Shown: positions 54,033-64,000 of the stretch, piece by piece
Numbering within the stretch: the first letter of the stretch is position 1
How the letters are laid out: each line of letters opens with the position of its first letter
Program-made: the position numbers and the translations under genes
Assembly: GCA_951406725.2 (NCBI GenBank)
Contig: CATOCA020000001.1
Span: forward strand, 1,116,001-1,180,000
Direction: 5' to 3'
Length of the DNA stretch: 64,000 bases
Source of the DNA: Octopus vulgaris
Lineage: Eukaryota
The notes under the pieces: model-generated
Told to the model about the DNA's origin: nothing
The model's database searches: none
The model's input: only the letters and a program-made list of their open reading frames with translations

Positions 54033-54162
54033 ATAACGAAATTTAAATTTTCTAAAGGTTAGTTGCCCGTTTTCAGTTTCAATTTTCCTGTAACAAGCGG
54101 ATTATAAGTGGATAAAACAGTGTATTTGGCTTTAGAATAACCCTCTTTATCCCTTAATTATA

Positions 54163-54199
<37 letters not shown>

Positions 54200-54206
<7 letters not shown>

Positions 54207-57200
54207 CAATTAAGAAATATACCCATTATAATTAAAATATATATATTTCAAATAAAATAAAGGTGGACACAGTAAATTCCATCTCTGCAAGATCCCGGTT
54301 GATGTTGTTACTGCTTCTCATACATTCTGCCGTTGGTTGTGCTTCTGTTACGGTGAGATAGAAATTCGCAGTTTACGGTTATTTGATCCTTGTTCCAAAG
54401 CTGTGCTTATGAAATAAGCAAATTACAAAATTTGACTGAACAATGGATAGTTAAAGAAGATTAGAAGCTACTCGCGAGAGGGTTAGGCACTACAGGCAGC
54501 AGATAAGAGAAGAACAGCGGTAAGAAACCAGAGAAAGGTACCAACAGATGAGAGGATCTGCAATAGATGAAGAGCAACGCAAGGCACAATTGTAGTGAGA
54601 GAGAATGCGAGACCAAGGTAGAAGACAGGATGAAGAAGAACAAACACAGTAGAAGGAACAACAAAGATTGATATTTCTGCGGAGAATGGAAAACATGAAT
54701 GATATGCAGCGTGCGCAGTATCAGGACCAACAGAAAAGCGTAATGTAACAGAGAAGGGAGAATATGGATGATTTGGAAAGGGCTGCTTGTCTCCAAGGTC
54801 AAACAGAGAGACATCAAGATGGAGTTGCAAGTATGAATGCTGAACAGGCGTTACGTTTGCGAGATGAACAGGTGCAACGAAAGCGTGAAGCAAGACATGG
54901 ACTACCACTGAACAGACACAATAATCCTAAACGAACCTATCGTATTGGTGATATGTACTTATATTGCGAGTATTGTGGAGCACTGAACTTTAAATATTAA
55001 GACTTCATGTTCAGTCACAATAATAAAGTGAATTTTCCTCCACTGTAACTAAACCCTCAGACTTTGAAGCGTTTGTCTGAGAAAATTACCAAGAGTCTGC
55101 TTCATTTCGAAAAAAACATCAGCAATTACAACTGCATATCTTCCTTTACGTCATTTGGTGTGAATCTCTCTGTGCCACAAGGAAGAGGTCTACATTGTTT
55201 CTGTATTGTTGTGGAAGGATTCCGACCACTTTCCAATTGACTAAAAGGGAACTGACATATTCCTATTAAATAGACAACTGTCGAGTCTTCATCAATTAAT
55301 TGGTAAATAGTTCACTGTGAGCCATTGACAGAGAGCGTTGGGTAATCGATTCGCGTCGTGTAAACACTTTCTTTCCCCCGATTCCTTAAATCATACGTTC
55401 CAAACCAGGGTATAAAAGTGGCGAAGAGTTCTTCGAAGTTTGCGTTGGACGTTTAAATTTGTTTGGGATGGGTATGAAACCAAAGAAAAATTGTTTAAGA
55501 TAGAAGGCTTATTGGCGTCTGTGGTGCAGTTGCAACAGCAACAATAGTAACAACAACAAGAGCAACTACAACAGCAACAACAAGAAAACCAAGAGTTGCT
55601 GGAATCAATGTTAAAGAAGTCTAAAAATACTTCAGGCGTGAACTTGCCAGACAGCGTAGCAATCTCTATTGAAGAATTCAGTTATAATCCAGAAGATGGG
55701 ATTACCTTCTCTGCATATTTTCGAAGATACGAATAAATTCTCAAAGAAGAATTTAAAAATTGATCTGAGAGGAAAAATAGTACCACTACTTTGTAAGACA
55801 GGTATCCCTTGCCGAATACAAAAAATATAGTAATTATATTCTGCCCATGAAGTCAAGTGAGATTTGTTTCAATAAAAACTAACATTTTATCAAATGATTT
55901 AGAACTGGACGAAAATTAACTCTTCAGACAGAAGCAGAAGAATGCCAGAAAAGACGACGCAGAAAACAATGAAGAAAAAGATTGCTCTCATATTCCAGTG
56001 TCTCCACCGTAACGGATAAGAAATAAGACAAAAAATGTCAAGAAGGAGTCCATGTTGTGGTCTACATTTTAAAAGTAACTGCCCGTTTAAAATCCAAAAT
56101 ACGAAATTTTATCTAAACGTTTCAGTGAAAGAAGTTCTCTGCTAAATACTTGAGGACAGTTTTTACATTTTGTCCAAAAACATGAAGATTTCGTCACCTG
56201 TGCCGAGGATGTTAACGGAAAGTGTAAAAAATTCAAATCATATGAATTAAGATGATGTTCAAATGCATATTTTTGGTTTAAGGCCTAACTGCAAGCAAAG
56301 ATGGCGATATATGTTCACGGATGTCAACAAAATTAGAACTGGACAAAAAGTAACTCTACAGACAGAAGCAGAAGAATGTCAGGAAAGACGACGCAGAAAA
56401 AAATGAAGAAAGTGACGCCCAAAACGAAATTGAAGAAAAAGATTGCTCTCATATTCCAGTGTCTCAACCGTAACGGAGAAGAAATAAGAGAAAAAATGTC
56501 AAGATCGAATCAATGTTATGGGTGCGGTAGTCAACATTTTAAAAGTAATTGCCCGTTTAAAAATATAAAAGGCGTCAAATGTGGCAAGAGAGATCATAAA
56601 AAAATCACACTGTAGAACAAACCTGGAAAACATTTCAACAGAAAGAAAACACGAAAACAGGTTATCGGTGACCAAAAAACGAACAGTCTCAAAGGAAATT
56701 TGTGTACGTAAAGTTGCAACTAGATAAGGGCAGTGATATCTCGATAATTAACACAGATATATAGAAAAAAACAGAAGACCTAGATTAAAAGACATTTCGA
56801 AAATTGTAGGTGGTGTTTCAGGAAAATAATTACATTTTAATGGCGTAATGATAAACCACGTTCCATTTCGTGGGAAAACCTTAAAAACCAAAGGTTTTGT
56901 GTTCAATAATATCCCAAATTTATTCGGAACACTGAATAGAATTGTTTACCTTATGGGAACTCCCCATAAATCTTTTCAGTGAAAATGTGAATGGTTTTCT
57001 TGCCAATACAAATGAATCGTCGGACGATTTGTAGAAATAATTTTAAAAGATTTTTCCTGAAGTTCTCTCTGATAAATTAGATCTCAGCATCACAACGAAA
57101 ACGAAGTTCCAAGTAAAAGTAAATGCCAAACCGGTATTTAAATATAAGCGAACTGTAACTTTTGCATCGTTGGAACAGATATGCTTTTGCGTCGTTAGAA

Positions 57201-60200
57201 ACAAATAAACAAAATCAGAGTGTATGCTGATTTTTTCCACTGGTTTAAATGAGTGTCTTAAAACGTTCCACTATCCGCTACCTACCCTGGGGGATATATT
57301 TGTAAAATTAGACGGTGGCAAGGTATATTCTTAATTGGATATCTCTGATGCGTACCTACATATTAGAGTAGACGATGAATGCTATAAATACATAAAAATT
57401 AACGCACATATATATACAACAGGTTACTGTGTCTTTAATGTAAAACCGGCGATTTGTCAACAGCTTATGGATGCAGTGTTAGCGGATAGTGAATTTGCAT
57501 TTTCATATCCGGATGATATACTCATTAAAAGCGAATCACGGGATCAACATGTAGAGCACATAATATATATGTTCGAAAAAATTAGGGATTACATTGAAAA
57601 AGAAAGCGTGAATTTTCTTCTTAACAAAAATAAAATTGGACAAACAATTGAAAGAAATGGACGAGGACCAGATCCGTTGAAGACAGACGCAATTAAATAC
57701 AGGCTCCCCCCGACAAATATAAGGACCTTACATGATTGCTTTGGAGACAGGCTAATTCTTACCAAACTTATATTCTAAATATGCATAGGGTAAGTGTTAC
57801 GGTAGATCATGTATTTAAAAAATGTCAATTGAAATTGCTCTGAAAAAAAGATGGTAACATGAAGGCGGTGGTTCTTGATATCAGCAGAAAATATTACAGC
57901 CAAATCAAAAAAGAGGCTCTTGTAATTATTTTTGCCGTAGAAAATTGCATAGATTTTTACACGGCAGAAGTTTTTGAATACAGACAGATCATCGTCCGTT
58001 ATTATCAGTATACGAGTAAAAGAAATAAATATCTAGCCGTACTGCTAATAGGCTGCAACGCTGGGGTACGGTATCATTAAACTATGAATTTAAGATAGAG
58101 TATATACCATCTAAATAATTAGGACACGGTAATTGTTTATCAAGACCGATTTCAGAAAATGCTGAACCATTTGAAGATACCGTGATTGCTAATTTGCGAG
58201 CGGAAAATGAAATTAAAAGCAAACTGTATAACTCCATGCGCGAACTGCTATTTACGTTACAGGACATAAAACTACAATTGGGAAACGATATATTCATTAG
58301 AAAATGAAAGAAATGCAGAAGGGTAAAAGAGGTAAAAGATATTCGAGCCTATCACAAGGTGTGACAATGTGCTGATGTATGCACAAAGAGTCGTAGTGCC
58401 AGCCACACTACAAAAGCAATTACTAAAGGAATTTCATATTGAGTCAAAGGGATTTCGATAATGAAATCGTTAATGAGAAGTTAGGTATACTGGCCAACAA
58501 CGGACTGTAACGTTGAAGATATAGTGATAGTATGCAATACGCTGTTCTCTAGCTCATAATACACCCGTCACAAAATGGCACCCGTGGCCAAAATCACTTA
58601 AGGTTTCATATCACTTCATTTTGGGGGAGTGTTTTTCAACGTGGTCTGAAGTGCATTAATATAGAAAGCCGACATCTCTGGTTACAGTGATATTCGATCT
58701 TTGTCAGAAAGATCAGATCCATCTTTGATCAGCCGATACCGAGTGAAAATATAAAAAAAGGAACAATATTTCAAAATTCTTCAAGTTAGGTGACAATGTT
58801 TTTTAAAGACCTATAGATATAGTAAAGAAGGATTGGAGGATGGTACAATTATTAAATAAATTGCAAGAATGATATTCCTGGTAAAAGGTAAAACAAATAT
58901 CGAACATAAAAGACTTATTAAACAACTTAAAACCTGATTCAAGGAAAAATCAGACAAAAGAAGTGAATTTTTGATGAAAGTATTGCACGACACGTTTGAA
59001 GTACCAACACAGAAACAATTTGTAATTACACATTCTTGCACCAGAAAACGAAACGAATGGAAACACAAGAATTGAGCCCTAAGCATAAGAGATATTAAAA
59101 CTCTGAGCGACTTTAATTCTCAAGTGGAGAATTTAGGGGAGACTAATTCTATAAAGGAGAGATGCTGTGGAAAGATTCTGACAACCTTCCAAGTGACTAA
59201 AAGTGGTCTGACACATTTCCCTTACATGGAGAACTGTCTAGTCGTAAGCAACTGATTGTGAACAATTGATTGGTAAGCATTTCTCTATGATCCGTTGGCA
59301 GAGAACGTCGAGTCTCATGTAATAGTAATCGTATTGCGTCGTGTAAACAGCTTCGTTAAATTATATATCCAATACCAGGATATAGAACGTATTCAGGGCC
59401 AAACTTAGCACAACACTACGAACTGTCAATGGTAACCTGCAGTACAGTCAGTTGTATATTATTAATGCATCAAAGAGTGGAAGCAAGTCAGAACTACCAA
59501 AGCTCTTCTGAAAGAATGGGTGTCATGTGCAACAAGTAAATCCTTATGCTGAGTTATAAGGGAACATGCACTTAATTGAACAACAAGAGATTGGAAGTGC
59601 CAGGAGTGAAAATGTACAATTACGAAAGTGTGAAATACATTTCAAAAGAACGGGATATATAAGGCGCTACAATTTTTCCCCTAGCAATGAAATAACTGCA
59701 CCCTGAAAACCCTAATTGCCATGAGAGAGAAAATAATCTGCAGCGAAATAAGACTTTTGAAAACCGATATATCATTGGATTTCTGAAGGATATGGTGGAC
59801 AGACATGTATTTGATGTAAGACTAACTCATGTCCGTGTTATCGAGTTTCAAAAGAGAGGACTTCCACACTCCCGTATGCTCGTAGACAAAGTGAAGATCA
59901 GAGATGATATAGACAGAATGGTACCAGCAGAAATTTCTGATTCAAATGATTTAATCTTACATGATTTAATTTTTAAAAATTCATGAGACTTAGACCTTGT
60001 GGTGTTGATAACCCCTCCTCGCAATACATGGGGAATGGCTCTTGCCAAACAAAGTTTCCCAAGAACTACAGAAATGAGACACTACTAAATATTAATGGAT
60101 ATCCAGAATACAGGAGGCACAATAAAGGGATCATATCACAAGTTGGATGCCATTCTGTTGACAACTGGTATGTCGTTCCATTCTATGCTTACCTATTAAA

Positions 60201-61195
60201 GAAATTCCGAGCTCATATTGATGTAGAAGTTTGCTCATCTGTAAAAATGTCAAGTATATATGCAAGTATGTCTACAACGGTCGCGATAGCGCTTCACTTG
60301 AAGTAAGGAATGATGCAGTTGCAGAAGATGGACAGACTCAGCAACCTCATGGTTAAATCAGAAATTATTTTGCGTGTGGATATGTTTCACCCTCTGAAGC
60401 CTTATGGAGAATGTCTACGTAGAAGCTGCATGACTCGTCCCACACTGTCTACAGATAAGCAGTTCACTTTGAAGACCAGCGGAGACTGAGCTTTCACTGA
60501 GGTAGCACTTAGCAACCTAGTCAAGAACAGAGAGATCGAGACAATACTCTCACTGCATGGTTCAAACTAAATGAGCACGATTAACGGAAGTACTTGTACC
60601 CTAACATTCCTATGCGTTATGTGTTTAATGAACGTACAAAAACCATGAACACTCAGGAGAAAAATCAATACCATCGGCTGCAGAATGAACACAGTGAGTC
60701 CTAAGGACGTAAAAAAAATTTCATTACGATTGCTATTTCGGATGTTCCAGGTGCTAAGCGCTTTGAGAAGTGAGCACTGTAGGATGTGAAATCTATGCAA
60801 CATTTAAATATGCGTACATATGAGTTGGTCTCCTCCAAAATGATGAGGGTTTGGAGCATACTATACTTGAAGCTGCTGCGTATCGGATGTCATTTCAGTT
60901 GCGTATTACGTTTGCTGTCCTCTGCACATATTCAAGTTCTTCCAATGTTCTTCGCCTGTGGAATACTGACAAGAATTCTATGATGGAAGATTATGCTCAC
61001 CGAGGGCTGAATGCAGACTCTACACTTCATAAATTCTGTGTTAATTGAAAATGGCATTAGCTGGTTTAATATTAGCTTGCTTGAACCAATTGGAATGTAA
61101 CGGGTTGAGCAGAAAGATGACATGAAGCACCCACTCATTGCAACCCTTACCAACGAGAAGAAAGGGATCGCCGATGCAGTCATTAAAGACAGTTG
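54200..61195 (+). mobile_element. Degenerate Helitron split by a Gypsy insertion
   Basis: IGDMYLYCEYCGALNF, SFTSFG, CF|RIQGQ, VIEFQKRGLPHSRML (HUH), GYPEYRR, VVPF..YLLKKFRAHIDVEVC. Confidence 0.85.
55207..59387 (+). mobile_element. Full-length degenerate Ty3/Gypsy LTR retrotransposon
   Basis: LTRs 55207-~55416 and 59163-59387, PBS-like tggcgaagag, PPT aaaggagaga, TSD tgtat/cgtat. Gag knuckle CYGCGSQHFKSNC, protease LDKGSDISII, RT LDISDAY..YPDDILI, RNase H YSQIKKEAL, integrase remnant. Confidence 0.9.
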
Positions 61196-61454
61196 GTAAG
61201 AAAAGGTTGAGGTGAGATGCTGGAATCTTTCTATTTCTCTGCTGATTTTCCCGGGGGCTGTAACTTCATAAATTCCAATTCAATCCGTACACTTCTGTAA
61301 ATTTCTTATTTACTTTTGCAACGTTTTGTGTTTTGTGTTTGTTGTTGTTGAAGGAATTACTGATAAATGTAATTTCATAATTTACTGCCAGGAGTAACTT
61401 AAAACATTTCACTTAAACCCGCGCACATAATTAATTTCCCTAAAAATTTCTTAT

Positions 61455-63930
61455 TTACCACATTTGTTTTTAAGTAACCCTCTGTTTTAAATTTCCGGTT
61501 TCATAGGATTATGCTTCGTCATTCATACGTACCATCCTTGCTACATTCACCCATCTTTCTTAAAACATTCGCTAGACAAAACTTGCCTCTCTGCTCTCAC
61601 TTTTTTTTTCAAGTGATACTTGAAGAGATGATACAAAAAGATGTTGAGAGATTGACCAGAGAGGAAAGTGTTTGTCTCCAATCCTTTCATACGCGTCCAC
61701 CAGATACATTATTTCGCCATATGATGAAAATAGCTCTTCCTTTCTGCTTGAAAGAAAGAGGCGTGACAATATTGACGATAGACTCGGCTGTTTAACCGAC
61801 TCGTCCCACACGTGACAGAAGTTGTTCGACATAAGCCCACAGTTCGGAAATGTTTGGACACTGCACGAGTGCGTGCAGAACTGTTTCGTCATTCTGACCG
61901 CATCTCGGGCAGGTCGGGCCCGTGTTCCTCGAGCCGTGTCTGTAGAGCTTATCCCGAAGGAGTAGCGCTTCTCGGTAGCACTGCCAGGTAAAGGATCTCT
62001 GGATGCTGTGAATGGGCGCTGGCCCGAAAGTCGTCCTGAACAGGCGGGTCAGATATTCCTCGTCGACGTCCAGGTTCACCCCGAGCTCGTCGTCGCACCT
62101 CCCCTCCACTAATCCCCTATAGAATGCTTTGGTTGTGTTGATGTCACTCATGGTCGACCCGGGACGGCATAGTTGCTTGACAGCAACGGGACACTCGCGG
62201 TGCCATTCGCCCCTTCTCGGCCTCTTTTTAATCCACGGCTGCAGTTCGGTCATGGAGATGAGTTCACACCTGTTCACCGTCGTCTACGTAGAGCCTGAGA
62301 TTTCGCAGTCTCAGCGCGTGTCTGCGCATCATAAAAAAAGGCATGGCCAGTCCTCCCCTTTAACGGGTGTTGACAGCAAATGGATCGCCTGACCATCGGG
62401 ACGCATCCTTTCCTCAAGACGCGAAAGAGAATGCGTTCTAGTTTGGTGCTGGTAGGGTCGGGACAAGGCACGACGGTCAGGCGGTAGTAGATGACGTACG
62501 CGATGTACGAGTTCGCCACCTCCGCCCGACATTTTAGGGACAGTTTCTCTCGGCCCATTACCAGGTGATAGTGGCCACCCTGCTCATTATCTCGTTCCAC
62601 TTTTTCTCCATTTGGAGGTCTCGCCCAAACCAGACCCCGAGAAACTCGACCGGACCGTCGGTCCAGTGTCCCACGACGGAGGCGCTGGTGGACTGCATGG
62701 GCTTGCTTCTCCAGGTGCCGAGTCGCAAGCCCACTGATTTATCCCGGTTGATTTTTGCTCCTGTCACCGCTACGTAGTATTTCAGTGTCTCGCCGACATG
62801 CTCGATGTGCTCGTGGCTAGACACTATGACGGTGTCGTCGTCCGCGTATGCCGACACGCTCGTCACGAATCCCAATTCTCGTGGGATGACCCTCATAGTT
62901 GGCAGCTTCCGTAATAATGGCTCGAGAGTCAATGCGTTCAGAAGCGACGAGAGGAGGCATCCCTGACGGACATAACGTGCAATGTCTAAAGGTTTCTATA
63001 GAAGTCCATTTACACGAATTACCGTACGGATGCCTGTGTACAAAGCGGCTATCCAGCCACGGAAGACGGGACCGAATCCAGCCGCTCTGAGGACAGCTTC
63101 CAAGTATCGATGGTCTACCCTATCGAAAGCTTTCGATTGATCCAAACTGATCTGCGCTCCACCCGTGCTAGGTTCGTTAACTACCCTGTCTATGATGTAG
63201 CGCATCAGGTGGCGGTCGTCATGGATGCTCCGGCCCGGCACGGCGCACGTTTACGCCTTGTCGACCAGTTTCTCGATGACAAGCGCCAACCTCTTGGCTA
63301 ACACATTGGCCAAAATTTTCAAGTCTGCATTCAGCAGAGTAATGGGCCCAAAGTTATCTATAACATTCCCCTTGTTTAGATCTTTCTTCAGCAGTGTTAC
63401 GGCTCCTCGGATCACAAAACCAGGAATGCTCCAGTTTTGCTGCCAGCTGCAGTACACCGCTGCCAAGACGTCTCCAAACAAGTCTGGCATACAACTGTAA
63501 AGCTCGTGGTGTAGACAAACAAAACCCGTCGATTTGTCTCTCGAGCATTCTGCCATCGCGTCCTGCTCTTCCGCCGCCCTGATGGCACCTTCGCAGCGCG
63601 CTGCCTCTCTTGTCGAGAATCGTGGTAGGCTGTGTAGGTAGGTACCGAAGTCCACCCTAAGTTCTTGCTCGCCACTAGTCCCGAACAGTCGGGCAAAATG
63701 CTGTTGGAAGGCCTCACACATTTTACTTGGCTCGAGCAATTCGCGCCCCTGTTCATCTACCAGAGACTGAATGGTGCCATTGTTGCCCTGTTGCGCCTCT
63801 GCCACCCGGGCTTCTCTCGCGGCTCTAACGCCTTCGATCATTAGAGCACGCATCATAGATCTGACAACACACCCTTCGTGTTTGTCGTTGAAGTGTTGGT
63901 CGAGGGCCAACCTCGCCGCCAAAACGTCGG
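61455..63930 (-). mobile_element. Tx1/L1-like LINE, 5'-truncated and frameshifted
   Basis: PITLLNADLKILA, LDQSKAFDRVDH, SAYADD, CPRCGQNDETVLHALVQC. Same clade as 13663-17625; 3' end matches 2868-3570. Confidence 0.92.
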
Positions 63931-64000
63931 ATAGATAGATAGATAATTTAGATAGAGCGAGAGAGACAGATAGAAACATACAAAGATACATACATACATA

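Larger units (their letters stand above)
53066..54165 (+). mobile_element. Young retrozyme-like array: 499-nt unit x~1.4 plus inverted ~390-nt segment
   Basis: Near-identical copies; inserted in (TA)n. Confidence 0.85.

Overview
AT-rich, microsatellite-dense animal genomic DNA made up almost entirely of transposable elements. The SINE family and TE spectrum suggest an octopus/coleoid cephalopod genome (inference). The only host coding signal I can support is two paralogous 72-nt, phase-2 leucine-rich-repeat (LRR) exons on the minus strand (13305-13376 and 49582-49653). Each sits in a copy of an old multi-kb duplicated block, and the two exons differ almost only at non-synonymous, mostly surface-exposed positions. 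Mobile elements: three Tx1/L1-like LINE copies (one with a near-intact ORF2), two ORF1-only 'half-LINE' candidates, a Dong/R4-type RLE LINE in a (TAA)n tract, several Helitrons (one nested in another, one split by a full-length Gypsy element), a mariner remnant, Penelope-like fragments and many tRNA-SINEs. About ten loci carry type-I hammerhead-ribozyme (HHR) motifs from several unrelated families. These include a young 499-nt tandem/inverted 'retrozyme' with three intact HHRs (53066-54165). All calls come from manual reading; no searches or alignments were computed.
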